DNA of 64,000 nucleotides. Source: Candidatus Omnitrophota bacterium (GTDB lineage Bacteria; Omnitrophota; Gorgyraeia; Gygaellales; Profunditerraquicolaceae). Location of the stretch: positions 223,002-287,001 of the forward strand of contig JAUSED010000009.1 of the NCBI GenBank assembly GCA_030650425.1, written 5' to 3'. Each line of letters starts with the position of its first letter. The stretch's first letter is position 1. Position numbers and translations under genes: made by a program. The notes under the pieces were generated by a model that saw only the letters and a list, made by a program, of their open reading frames with translations, was not told the origin of the DNA and searched no databases. Positions 8,360 through 17,134 of the stretch are shown here, piece after piece.

Positions 8360-9402
8360 AGTTGCTTAAATTCATCCTGATTCTTAACTTTAGCAAGCGC
8401 TACATCCAAAGTGATTAAACCCTGCTTAATCAGCTCCTTTAAACATTTATCCATCGTCCTCATCCCATATTGCGAACCTGTCTGCATAAGCGTAGGTATC
8501 TGTTCAACTTCTTGTTCGCGGATCAGATTTCTTATGCCGGAAGTAGCAACCATTACCTCCGTAGCCAGCACCCTGCCCTTACCTGACGAATGCGGAAGCA
8601 ATAATTGCGAAACCACGCCCTGCAAGCAGTCAGCCAACTGCAGCTTAACCTGTTGTTGTTGATGCGGAGGAAATACATCGATAATTCTTTCAATGGTTTG
8701 CGGCGCATCCGGCGTATGCAGGGTCGCCAGAACCAAGTGGCCTGTTTCCGCCGCGGTCAAGGCTGTGGATATAGTTTCCAGATCCCGCATTTCGCCTACC
8801 ACAATTACATTGGGATCCTGGCGCAGCGTGTGCTTCAAGGCATCGGCAAAAGAACGCGTATCTGAATAAACTTCCCTCTGTTTAATCACGCTTTTTTTAT
8901 TTGTAAAAATAAACTCGATCGGATCTTCAATACACATAATCAGGCATTCTCGTTCATGGTTGATCAAATCAATCATCGTAGCCAGAGTAGTGGTTTTGCC
9001 CATACCGGTAGGCCCGGTAACCAAAACTAAGCCGTTTGGCCGGCGGGCTAAATCGCTGATAATCTCAGGGAGCCCAAGCTTCGCGATGGTAGGGATTTCT
9101 AATGGCACGCGCCTAAATGCCGCTTCAGGAGAGCCTTTCTGTAAATGGACATTCACCCGAAACCTGTCTAAGCCCGGAAGGGCGAGTGAAAAATCAAGCT
9201 CAAGATCTTTTTCAAAGGCCTCTTTTTGGGCATTAGATAAAATACCATAGATCATCTTCTTTAAGCCCTCTTTATCCAGACGCGCTAAAGATGTACGCTG
9301 AAGAAGGCCGTCAATGCGCAAAATCGGAGGCTCATTCTCGGTTATATGTAAATCAGAAGCTCCTTTTTCGATGCACATTAAAAGTAATTCCCTTATTTCC
9401 AT
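8356..9402 (-). CDS. pilT: Type IV pilus retraction ATPase (start corrected to MEIREL, after the AAGGAGG SD)
   Basis: GASDLHI, GPTGMGKTT, EDPIE, RQDPNVIVVGEMRD, TGHLVLATLHT, GIRNLIRE. Confidence 0.92.
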   Translation of the reverse strand: MEIRELLLMCIEKGASDLHITENEPPILRIDGLLQRTSLARLDKEGLKKMIYGILSNAQKEAFEKDLELDFSLALPGLDRFRVNVHLQKGSPEAAFRRVPLEIPTIAKLGLPEIISDLARRPNGLVLVTGPTGMGKTTTLATMIDLINHERECLIMCIEDPIEFIFTNKKSVIKQREVYSDTRSFADALKHTLRQDPNVIVVGEMRDLETISTALTAAETGHLVLATLHTPDAPQTIERIIDVFPPHQQQQVKLQLADCLQGVVSQLLLPHSSGKGRVLATEVMVATSGIRNLIREQEVEQIPTLMQTGSQYGMRTMDKCLKELIKQGLITLDVALAKVKNQDEFKQL

Positions 9403-9412
9403 ACTTGCCTCC

Positions 9413-9445
9413 TTAATGAGCCCAGCCAAAGGCGGGGCGATTTAA
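9413..9445 (+). repeat. Degenerate copy of the tandem-GA hairpin element, abutting the pilT SD
   Basis: TTAAT-GA-GCCCAGCC-AAA-GGCGGGGC-GA-TTTAA; homologous to 14831 and 49820. Confidence 0.75.
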
Positions 9446-9480
9446 CTTAGTAAAACACTTCGGCTGCCAAAAGAAATCCT

Positions 9481-9566
9481 GTCGTAGGGGACACTTTCCT
9501 TTAAAGAATTCCCAATAGCTTTGGCGGAAAATGTCCCCTGCGACTCGGAAAATGTCCCCTGCGACT
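9481..9566. repeat. REP-like doublet GGGGACACTTTCC-N26-GGAAAATGTCCCC with a duplicated right arm
   Basis: Arms 9487-9499 and 9526-9538; CGGAAAATGTCCCCTGCGACT present twice in tandem. Confidence 0.9.
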
Positions 9567-9570
9567 TTAT

Positions 9571-10824
9571 TTAGAGAAATATTTCCGGGTCTGTAATGCG
9601 GCCTTTTATCGCCGAAGCAGCCACGGTTGCCGGAGAAGCTAAATATATAAAAGCATTGGGATTACCCATTCTTCCCTTAAAATTCCGATTTGCGGTAGAT
9701 ATGACTATTTCTCCATCAGCAGGTATACCGCTATGTGTCCCTACGCATGGCCCGCATCCCGGAGCTAAAATTACTCCACCGGCTTCAATGAATGTATTTA
9801 CTAATCTTAACTTGATCGCTTCCAGCAATACTGCGCGCGAACTAGGGGCGATAATCAACTTTACCCCGGGAGCCACTTTCTTACCTTTTAGTATTCTAGC
9901 AGCAATTTGTAAATCTTGCAACCTGCCATTTGTACAAGTCCCCAAGAATGCTTCGTTTATCTTTACACTTTTTAGTTCTATCGCCGGCCTGGCGTTATCT
10001 ACGACATGAGGCAAAGCTACCTGGGCCTTAAGGCCTGATATATCAAACTCTAAAACTTTTTCATACACCGCGCCTTCATCCGCAAAAATAGATTTTATTT
10101 TACTTTTGGCAACCCCCCGCGAATTTAACCATTCTAGGGTTATTTGATCGAGCGGCATAAACCCGGCTTTGGCGCCCATCTCAACCGCCATATTACTCAT
10201 CGTAAACCTGCCATCCATATCCATCCTATCAATTACCGGACCGCAAAATTCTACTGCTTTATAAGTGGCTCCATCCGCGCCAATTTCTTTAATAATATGC
10301 AGGATTATATCTTTGGCGAATAGAGACTTAGAGAGCTTCCCCTTAACGATAATCTTGATCGTTTCCGGAACTTTAAACCAATTTTTCCCGGTGGCTAAAG
10401 TAATCGCTAAATCCGTCGAGCCTACACCCGTAGAAAAAGCGGTTAAGGCCCCGTAAGTACAGGTATGCGAATCCGCGCCCAAAACTAAATCTCCCGGCAG
10501 AACCTCTCCAGATTCAGGAATTACCTGATGGCAGACGCCACAACCGATATCAAAAATATCCTGATCATAATCTTTGGCAAAGGATCGCATTTTCTTGTGC
10601 ACTTTAGATACGCCTTCGCTTGGGCTTGGGGCGCTATGGTCAATCACCATACAGAAGTCAGTTTTTAAATTCTTCACGCCCAACTCCTTGATTCGGTCAA
10701 TGATAATCGAGCTTGTCCCGTCCTGGCCAAAGGTAAAATCTACCTTGCATAGCGCGAAGTCGCCTGCTCTCAGGTCCCTGCCGGCGTGAGCGCCCAATAT
10801 TTTTTCAGCTATTGTTTTTTTCAT
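9571..10824 (-). CDS. leuC: 3-isopropylmalate dehydratase/homoaconitase-type large subunit
   Basis: IDH, GVCHQ, GADSHTCTYGA, GTCTNGR, GCGPCVG ([4Fe-4S] cysteines), STANRNFKGRMG. Confidence 0.85.
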   Translation of the reverse strand: MKKTIAEKILGAHAGRDLRAGDFALCKVDFTFGQDGTSSIIIDRIKELGVKNLKTDFCMVIDHSAPSPSEGVSKVHKKMRSFAKDYDQDIFDIGCGVCHQVIPESGEVLPGDLVLGADSHTCTYGALTAFSTGVGSTDLAITLATGKNWFKVPETIKIIVKGKLSKSLFAKDIILHIIKEIGADGATYKAVEFCGPVIDRMDMDGRFTMSNMAVEMGAKAGFMPLDQITLEWLNSRGVAKSKIKSIFADEGAVYEKVLEFDISGLKAQVALPHVVDNARPAIELKSVKINEAFLGTCTNGRLQDLQIAARILKGKKVAPGVKLIIAPSSRAVLLEAIKLRLVNTFIEAGGVILAPGCGPCVGTHSGIPADGEIVISTANRNFKGRMGNPNAFIYLASPATVAASAIKGRITDPEIFL

Positions 10825-10858
10825 TTATAGTTCGTTCATTAAACGTATCTCGACGAAG

Positions 10859-10974
10859 CCGTAGGGGACACTTTCCTTTGCGTCAGAAAGGGACATTTTC
10901 CTTTTGAAGTACTAGTTAGAGCCCTGACGGAAAGTGTCCCTTTCTGCAGAGGTTGGAAAATGTCCCCTGCGGAT
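10859..10974. repeat. Nested REP-like doublets of the GGGACACTTTCC family
   Basis: Outer arms 10864-10876/10955-10967; inner arms CAGAAAGGGACATTTTCC 10884-10901 and 10929-10946 with a 27-nt spacer. Confidence 0.9.
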
Positions 10975-10978
10975 CTAT

Positions 10979-12154
10979 CTAAAACCCATTCAGCCATTCT
11001 TCTAACCTATCCATTCCCTTTTTTAGATTTTCAAGGCTGGCAGCAAAGCTTATGCGTATGTAATCATCCGCACCAAACCCATTTCCGGGAATTACGCTTA
11101 AATATTTTTCATCCAAAAGCCGGTTAGCGACATCTATAGAAGTCAAGCCGGTATTGGATATGTCACAAAAAATATAGAAAGCGCCTTGCGGAATAACCGG
11201 ATTAATTTTCGGCATGTTCTTTAGCCGGTTAATACAATAGTCACGCCTTTCTTGAAATTGAACGCGGATTTTTTTATAGAAATCATCCGGAGCGCCTAAG
11301 GCGGCGATCCCGGCCTTCTGGGCAATGGAGTTGGTATTCGATGTTGAATGATCTTGCAGCCGCGCTATCGCCTCAGCCACAACAACCGGCGCGCCTAAAT
11401 AACCGAGGCGCCATCCGGTCATCGAAAAACTTTTAGAAAACCCGTTGATTGTAATCGTTAAATCATAAATATCTTTACCAAAACTGGCTATAGAAACGTG
11501 TTTTAATCCGTCGTAAATCAGCTTCTCGTAAATCTCATCGCTGATTACAAAAATCTTATTTTCTACGCATATTTCGGAAATCCGCCTTAATTCCTCCTCT
11601 GTATATACGCAACCTGTCGGATTCGCGGGGCTGTTTAAGATAAGGGCTTTTGTCTTGGAGTTAATATGCCTGCTTAGCTCTTGCGCCCTTACTTTAAAAT
11701 TATTCTTGGCTTGCGTTTCGATAAACCGGGGCAAACCTTCGCAAAGATTAACCATTTCAGGATAGCTTACCCAATAAGGAGACGGAATTAATACTTCATC
11801 CCCGGGATTAATTAAGACTAAAAAGGTATTAAATATGCTATGCTTAGCCCCGCAAGAAACCACTATTTGATTGGGGGCATACTCTAGAGAATTATCTTTT
11901 TTAAACTTTTCAGAGATTAATTTCTTTAATTCCGGGATACCGGTGGTAGGGGTGTATTTGGTGAAACCTGCTTGAATAGCTTCGACTGCGGCTTGCTTGA
12001 CAAAATCAGGAGTATCAAAATCCGGCTCTCCCGCGGCCAAACTTACTATATCAAACCCTTCAGACTTTAGCTTCTTGGCTTTTGAGGTTATAGCAAGAGT
12101 CGAAGATGGCTTTACTTTCTTTAAACGGCTAGCTAACCTCGCTTCTATGCCCAT
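10979..12154 (-). CDS. aspC: Aspartate aminotransferase (PLP class I/II)
   Basis: GEPDFDTP, LNSPANPTG, ISDEIY, SKSFSMTGWRLGY. Confidence 0.88.
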   Translation of the reverse strand: MGIEARLASRLKKVKPSSTLAITSKAKKLKSEGFDIVSLAAGEPDFDTPDFVKQAAVEAIQAGFTKYTPTTGIPELKKLISEKFKKDNSLEYAPNQIVVSCGAKHSIFNTFLVLINPGDEVLIPSPYWVSYPEMVNLCEGLPRFIETQAKNNFKVRAQELSRHINSKTKALILNSPANPTGCVYTEEELRRISEICVENKIFVISDEIYEKLIYDGLKHVSIASFGKDIYDLTITINGFSKSFSMTGWRLGYLGAPVVVAEAIARLQDHSTSNTNSIAQKAGIAALGAPDDFYKKIRVQFQERRDYCINRLKNMPKINPVIPQGAFYIFCDISNTGLTSIDVANRLLDEKYLSVIPGNGFGADDYIRISFAASLENLKKGMDRLEEWLNGF

Positions 12155-12169
12155 AGGTAAGAAGTAGTT

Positions 12170-12739
12170 TTATAAAGAATCCCTTTCTTTCTTGAATATA
12201 TTTCTTATTCCTCCTAAGAATTTCTTGACAGGCTTTTTGGTAACCGGAGGTTTTTCTTTAAGCATGGATTCCTGAGCTTCAGCCTTCTTTTCTTCAACCT
12301 CTGCCTTAGGAGCCACTTCAGTAGATTCTTTAACTTCTTCCCCTTTAGTTTCCTTTACCTTCTTGACTTTTTTTACTTTAGGCTTTAGCTCGGTAAGTTC
12401 AAAAATAACGATCTTCGCGTCATCGCCCCTGCGCTTGGTTAAATTAATAATCCGGGTATAGCCGCTCGCCCTTTTGGCAAAACGCGGTCCGATCTCATTA
12501 AAAAGGAGAGCCACCAGCTTGTGATCGCCTAAAATAGCAAACGCCTCCCTTTTCGCGCTCAAGGTATTCTTTTTTGCTAAAGCAACTAATTTTTCCGCTA
12601 AAGGCCTGACAGCCTTAGCCCTGGCTAACGTAGTCCGCATACTCTCATAGATAACCAGATTCCTTGCTAAGCTCCTAAGCGTAGCTTCATGCCAACTAGT
12701 GAAACGATTTAGTTTCAACCTTCTTTTTTTATGTCGCAT
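12170..12739 (-). CDS. rplQ: 50S ribosomal protein L17 with a long C-terminal extension
   Basis: MRHK..KLNR, TTLARAK, SGYTRI, RRGDDA; follows rpoA. Confidence 0.96.
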   Translation of the reverse strand: MRHKKRRLKLNRFTSWHEATLRSLARNLVIYESMRTTLARAKAVRPLAEKLVALAKKNTLSAKREAFAILGDHKLVALLFNEIGPRFAKRASGYTRIINLTKRRGDDAKIVIFELTELKPKVKKVKKVKETKGEEVKESTEVAPKAEVEEKKAEAQESMLKEKPPVTKKPVKKFLGGIRNIFKKERDSL

Positions 12740-12743
12740 ATTT

Positions 12744-13736
12744 TTAAGCTTTCTTTATTTTTTTAGGATCAACTTGCATCCCTAAGGTCAGCCCCATACC
12801 CATAAGCAGCTCTTTTATTTCGGTCAATGATTTCTTTCCGAAATTCTTAAAGCTGAGCATCTCATCTTCTGTCTTCTTAACCAAATCCGCGATAATCCTG
12901 ATCCCTGCTTCTCTCAAACAATTTGAGCTGCGCACGGATAACTCTAGCTCTGAAATCGGTAACCTTAGTTTCTCATACAGGACTATTTCTTCCTTAGTCA
13001 TCTCTAGCTCTTCTTCGGCGATATCTTCGGGTAACTGCCCGAAATTAACGAATATATCGAGATGCCTCTGAAGTATATTTGAAGCGTATAATAAAGCATC
13101 CTTAGGGCTGATCGCGCCGTTGGTGAATACCTCCAGGATTAACTTATCATAGTCTGTGCGCTGTCCAACGCGGGTATTCTCCACGAAGAAGTTAACCTTT
13201 TTGATCGGTGTAAATACCGCATCAACCGGGATAACCCCTATTTCCTTATCTTCTTTTTTATTCGACTCGGCGGGAACGTAACCCCGTCCACGTGAAACTT
13301 CCATCTCAATATTCAACTTTGTATCCTTAGTCAAGGTGGCGATATGTAAATCAGGGTTGATAATTTCGATGGTCTCATCTACCTCGATATCTTTAGCCTT
13401 GATTTCGCCCTTAGAACTGGCTTTGATATATATACTCTTAGGAATCTTTGAATGTGAATTCAAAACCAGGCTTTTAATGTTCAGGATAAGCTCAGGGATA
13501 TCCTCTAAGACTCCGGGAATGGCAGAAAACTCATGCTGGACTCCGGAAACCTTAACACTCGTTACCGCGCTTCCTTCAATTGAAGAAAATAATACCCTTC
13601 TTAAGGAATTACCAAGAGTTACGCCATAGCCTCTTTCAAAGGGTGCTGCGGAAAACTTCCCGTAGGTATTAGTATAGCTTGCCTCATCACACTCAAGCCT
13701 CTTTGGTAGTTGAAAATCTCTCCATTTTATTCCCAT
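12744..13736 (-). CDS. rpoA: RNA polymerase alpha subunit
   Basis: PFERGYGVTLGNSLRR, RVGQRTDYDKL, LELSVRSSNCL. Confidence 0.98.
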   Translation of the reverse strand: MGIKWRDFQLPKRLECDEASYTNTYGKFSAAPFERGYGVTLGNSLRRVLFSSIEGSAVTSVKVSGVQHEFSAIPGVLEDIPELILNIKSLVLNSHSKIPKSIYIKASSKGEIKAKDIEVDETIEIINPDLHIATLTKDTKLNIEMEVSRGRGYVPAESNKKEDKEIGVIPVDAVFTPIKKVNFFVENTRVGQRTDYDKLILEVFTNGAISPKDALLYASNILQRHLDIFVNFGQLPEDIAEEELEMTKEEIVLYEKLRLPISELELSVRSSNCLREAGIRIIADLVKKTEDEMLSFKNFGKKSLTEIKELLMGMGLTLGMQVDPKKIKKA

Positions 13737-13759
13737 CTATTTTTCCTCCTGAAAGGTGC

Positions 13760-13787
13760 GTGATACTAGGTACACTATATCTGTCAA
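13760..13787 (-). promoter_or_regulatory. Possible internal sigma70-type promoter before rpoA
   Basis: TTGACA-16-TATCAC directly after the rpsD stop; weak -10. Confidence 0.3.
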
Positions 13788-14423
13788 TTACTTAGAATAC
13801 AACTCTACGATCAACTGCTCTTGAATCGTCTGTTGAATATCATCTCTATCCGGTAATCTTAGAACTTTAGCGCTTAAATCTGCCGAATTAAATTCAAGCC
13901 AGGTTGGAATAGTCCTGTCTTTTGCTAATTCCAGATTTTCTTTAAGTTTCTTTTGGGCCTTTTCCTTAGCCTTAACCTGAATAATATCTCCCTGAGCAAT
14001 GAAGTAAGATGGAATGTTAACCCGGCGCGCATTCACGGAGATCAAGTTATGCCTGACAATTTGCCTGGCCTGCGCCCGCGAAAGGCCAAGTCCCATACGA
14101 AAAACTACATTATCGAGCCTTCTCTCCAATAATTGCAAGAGGATCTTTCCGGTAACCCCTTTGGATTTTGAAGCGATTTGAAAATAGCGGCGGAACTGTT
14201 TCTCTAAAACGCCGTAGATCCTTTTTACTTTTTGTTTCTCTTTCAACTGCAGGCCGTAGTTGGAGAGCTTGCTCCTGCGCTTGCCTCCCTGGCCGTGCTG
14301 TCCCGGCGGATAAGCCCTTTTAGTTACGGCGCACTTTTCCGTTGTGCAGCGCGTACCCTTTAAAAAAAGCTTCTCTCCCTGCCTGCGGCACAACCTGCAA
14401 ACAGCATCAATATAGCGTGCCAT
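13788..14423 (-). CDS. rpsD: 30S ribosomal protein S4
   Basis: [34 protein letters not shown]. Confidence 0.98.
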   Translation of the reverse strand: MARYIDAVCRLCRRQGEKLFLKGTRCTTEKCAVTKRAYPPGQHGQGGKRRSKLSNYGLQLKEKQKVKRIYGVLEKQFRRYFQIASKSKGVTGKILLQLLERRLDNVVFRMGLGLSRAQARQIVRHNLISVNARRVNIPSYFIAQGDIIQVKAKEKAQKKLKENLELAKDRTIPTWLEFNSADLSAKVLRLPDRDDIQQTIQEQLIVELYSK

Positions 14424-14426
14424 AAA

Positions 14427-14816
14427 TTACACTCTCCTTTTCTTCTTCGGACGACATCCGTTATGCGGTATAGGAGTAACGTCTTTGATTAAAGTTATGA
14501 TTAAGCCTGCAGCCTGAAGCGCCCTGATAGCGCTCTCACGGCCAAAACCCGGCCCTTTCACGCGTACCTCCACGTCCTTAATCCCGATCTCTTTGGCTTT
14601 TCTCGCCGCGTCAGCAGCGGCAATCTGGGCCGCAAACGGTGTAGATTTCTTTGAGCCGCTATAACCTACAATGCCCGGAGCAGACCAAACAAGCACATTC
14701 CCCTGCTTATCGGTTATGGTTATAATTGTATTATTAAAACTTGCCTGAATATGGGCAATCCCGGAACTTACCCCTCTGGCTATCTTCTTCTTTTTTGCCC
14801 TTTCTTTTGTCGCCAT
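14427..14816 (-). CDS. rpsK: 30S ribosomal protein S11
   Basis: [27 protein letters not shown]. Confidence 0.98.
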   Translation of the reverse strand: MATKERAKKKKIARGVSSGIAHIQASFNNTIITITDKQGNVLVWSAPGIVGYSGSKKSTPFAAQIAAADAARKAKEIGIKDVEVRVKGPGFGRESAIRALQAAGLIITLIKDVTPIPHNGCRPKKKRRV

Positions 14817-14830
14817 TAAATTTTCTCCTT

Positions 14831-14889
14831 TAATGAGCCCCGCCGTTGGCGGGGCGAATTAAGTTCGGCCAAATAAATTATGGCCTCAC
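14831..14889 (+). repeat. Tandem-GA hairpin element filling the rpsM-rpsK spacer
   Basis: TAAT-GA-GCCCCGCC-GTT-GGCGGGGC-GA-ATTA, then a weak second hairpin ending in TCAC at the rpsM stop. Confidence 0.85.
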
Positions 14890-15300
14890 TTATTTCGCCG
14901 GCTTTGCCGCTGCCTTGGCTGGTTCCGCTTTCTTGATTATCGCCATATTGCCCCTGCGCGGGCCTTTTCTCGTTCTGGCATTAGTGCGCGTGCGCTGTCC
15001 TCTTGCCGGAAGCCCTTTTTTATGCCGTGAACCCCGATAAGAACCTATATCCATCAATCGCTTAATATTCTGTGAAATATCCCTGCGTAAATCACCTTCC
15101 AGCCGTAATCCGCTCTTTTGCAAAGTATTGGTAATCCGGGCGACCTCTTCTTCGCTTAAATCTTTGGCACGTTTAGATACATCGATATTTATTTCCTTAA
15201 GTATTTTATTAGCTAAGGCTCTACCTATACCATAAAGATAAGTCAAAGATATCTCAATCCGTTTTTCTTTTGGTATGTCAACACCCAATATTCTTGGCAT
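14890..15300 (-). CDS. rpsM: 30S ribosomal protein S13
   Basis: [28 protein letters not shown]. Confidence 0.98.
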   Translation of the reverse strand: MPRILGVDIPKEKRIEISLTYLYGIGRALANKILKEINIDVSKRAKDLSEEEVARITNTLQKSGLRLEGDLRRDISQNIKRLMDIGSYRGSRHKKGLPARGQRTRTNARTRKGPRRGNMAIIKKAEPAKAAAKPAK

Positions 15301-15332
15301 TATCTTTCTCCTTTAACTATGAACTAATTAAT

Positions 15333-15446
15333 CTACCCCTGCCTCTGTTTATGCTTCGGATTAGAACAGATTACCCTGACTACCCCAGCTCTTCTAACCA
15401 CCTTGCACTTATCGCAAATTCGTCTTACCGATGCTTTTACTTTCAT
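15333..15446 (-). CDS. rpmJ: 50S ribosomal protein L36 (Zn-ribbon type); below the ORF-track cutoff
   Basis: Hand translation [37 protein letters not shown]. Confidence 0.96.
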   Translation of the reverse strand: MKVKASVRRICDKCKVVRRAGVVRVICSNPKHKQRQG

Positions 15447-15496
15447 CCCGTTACAAACCTCCAAGTTCTTCACCCGTTACCCAGTTTGTAACGGGA
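15447..15496. mobile_element. 50-bp palindromic mini-element between infA and rpmJ
   Basis: Inverted repeat ATCCCGTTACAAAC (15445-15458)/GTTTGTAACGGGAT (15484-15497); direct repeat TTCAT at 15442-15446 and 15497-15501. Confidence 0.7.
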
Positions 15497-15502
15497 TTCA
15501 TT

Positions 15503-15721
15503 TTATTTCACCCTAAAGGTAATTCTTCCCCTGCTCAGATCATAAGGAGAAAGCTCTAATTTTACTTTATCTCCCGGTAAAATCCTAATAAAATTCATAC
15601 GCATCTTTCCCGATACATGCGCTAACACTATATGCCCGTTCTCCAGCTCAACCTTAAACATAGCATTTGGTAAAGCTTCAATGATTTTTCCTTCGGTTTC
15701 AATCAGTTCTTCTTTGGGCAT
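15503..15721 (-). CDS. infA: Translation initiation factor IF-1
   Basis: [31 protein letters not shown]. Confidence 0.98.
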   Translation of the reverse strand: MPKEELIETEGKIIEALPNAMFKVELENGHIVLAHVSGKMRMNFIRILPGDKVKLELSPYDLSRGRITFRVK

Positions 15722-15730
15722 ATTTTATTA

Positions 15731-16477
15731 CTAACAGTTAGTTAAAATTTCAGGCCCTTTTGCGGTTATCGCCACTGTATGTTCAAAATGCGCTGAAGGA
15801 AGCCTATCCTGCGTAACCGCTGTCCAACCATTATCCAGAATCTCGGATTCCCAACCTCCCATATTCACCATCGGCTCAATTGCCAAAACCATTCCTTCCT
15901 TCAGCAGCGGTCCTTGATGAGGCTGGCCAAAATTAGGTATCTCGGGATCTTCGTGTAAACTTAAGCCTATCCCGTGGCCGACGAATTGCCGGACTACGGA
16001 AAATCCGCTCTCCTCAACGAGCCTCTGAATCCGGGCTGATATATCAAATAAACGGTTTCCTAGCTTCGCTTCTTTTATCCCTGCGGCTAAGGAATCACGG
16101 GCAACTTCAATAAGCTTTTTTACTTCCGGCGATATATTGCCTATCGGTATAGTGATCGCCGCGTCTGAGAAATAGCCTTGGTAATTTACGCCTAAATCTA
16201 TGCCTACAATATCACCTTCGGCTAATCTCCTATCCGAAGGAATTCCATGCACGATTTCTTCGTTAATCGAAGTGCATAATGTCGCAGGATATCCCCTGTA
16301 CCCCTTAAAAGCCGGCAAGGCATTATTGGCGAGTACCAGCTCTTCCGCTAAGGCGTTAATTTCACGGGTGGAAACTCCCGGAGCTACGTATTTTTCCAAT
16401 TCCCGCATTACCTTAGCCAGAATCGCGCCGCTGGTTTTAAGCATCCGAAGTTCGTCTTCAGACTTTAAGGGAATCAT
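15731..16477 (-). CDS. map: Methionine aminopeptidase type I
   Basis: CTSINEEIVHGIP, GHGIG..LHEDP, AIEPM, SAHFEHT. Confidence 0.97.
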   Translation of the reverse strand: MIPLKSEDELRMLKTSGAILAKVMRELEKYVAPGVSTREINALAEELVLANNALPAFKGYRGYPATLCTSINEEIVHGIPSDRRLAEGDIVGIDLGVNYQGYFSDAAITIPIGNISPEVKKLIEVARDSLAAGIKEAKLGNRLFDISARIQRLVEESGFSVVRQFVGHGIGLSLHEDPEIPNFGQPHQGPLLKEGMVLAIEPMVNMGGWESEILDNGWTAVTQDRLPSAHFEHTVAITAKGPEILTNC

Positions 16478-17123
16478 GCAATTTTTTACTAAGAGCGATT
16501 ATCTCGTTAAGCACAGCTTCTGCCTCGCCATCGGCGCTCAGACGATACAATTTATTCTTTTGCTGATAGTATTTTATCAGGCCGGAATCCTCTTTTTTGT
16601 AAACCTCCAAACGCTTTTTAATCGTTTCTTCTTTGTCATCAGTTCTCTGAAAAAGTGAGGCTCCACACTTATCGCAGATGCCATTTTTATTTGGAGGCAT
16701 GTTTGTCTTGTGAAAATTCGCTCCGCAGGCGCTGCAAACCAATCTTCCTGACAACCTCTGGATAATCACGCTATCGCTAGAATCCAGATAGGCAACCATA
16801 TCTATATCTATATCCTTCTGCTTAAATATGCCCTCGAGAGTAATCGCCTGAGCAAGGTTTCGCGGATAACCGTCAAGGATAAAACCTTTCTTTACGTCTT
16901 GCTGGGTGAATCTTTCAAAAAGCATCTTACTCATCAACTCGTCTGGAACAAGCAAGCCGCGTTCCATAAAATCTTTAGCTTCTTTACCTAACGCCGTCCC
17001 TTCCAAAACATTCCGCCTTAAAATATCTCCGGTAGATATGTGGGCCAGGTTCATTTTATCCGCTAATCTTTTAGCTTGAGTACCTTTACCCGCGCCTGGA
17101 GGACCTAATAGGATAATTCTCAT
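16458..17123 (-). CDS. adk: Adenylate kinase (Zn-binding lid)
   Basis: GPPGAGKGTQA, LDGYPR, CSAC...CDKC. Confidence 0.97.
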   Translation of the reverse strand: MRIILLGPPGAGKGTQAKRLADKMNLAHISTGDILRRNVLEGTALGKEAKDFMERGLLVPDELMSKMLFERFTQQDVKKGFILDGYPRNLAQAITLEGIFKQKDIDIDMVAYLDSSDSVIIQRLSGRLVCSACGANFHKTNMPPNKNGICDKCGASLFQRTDDKEETIKKRLEVYKKEDSGLIKYYQQKNKLYRLSADGEAEAVLNEIIALSKKLHDSLKV

Positions 17124-17134
17124 ATATTCCTTTG

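Noticed and set aside
9403-9429. PilT start at 9429; similarly the longer starts given for rplK, yajC and alaS
   Set aside because: Downstream ATGs (9402, 41185, 49566, 58764) match family N-termini, have an SD or coupling, and avoid repeats or long overlaps.
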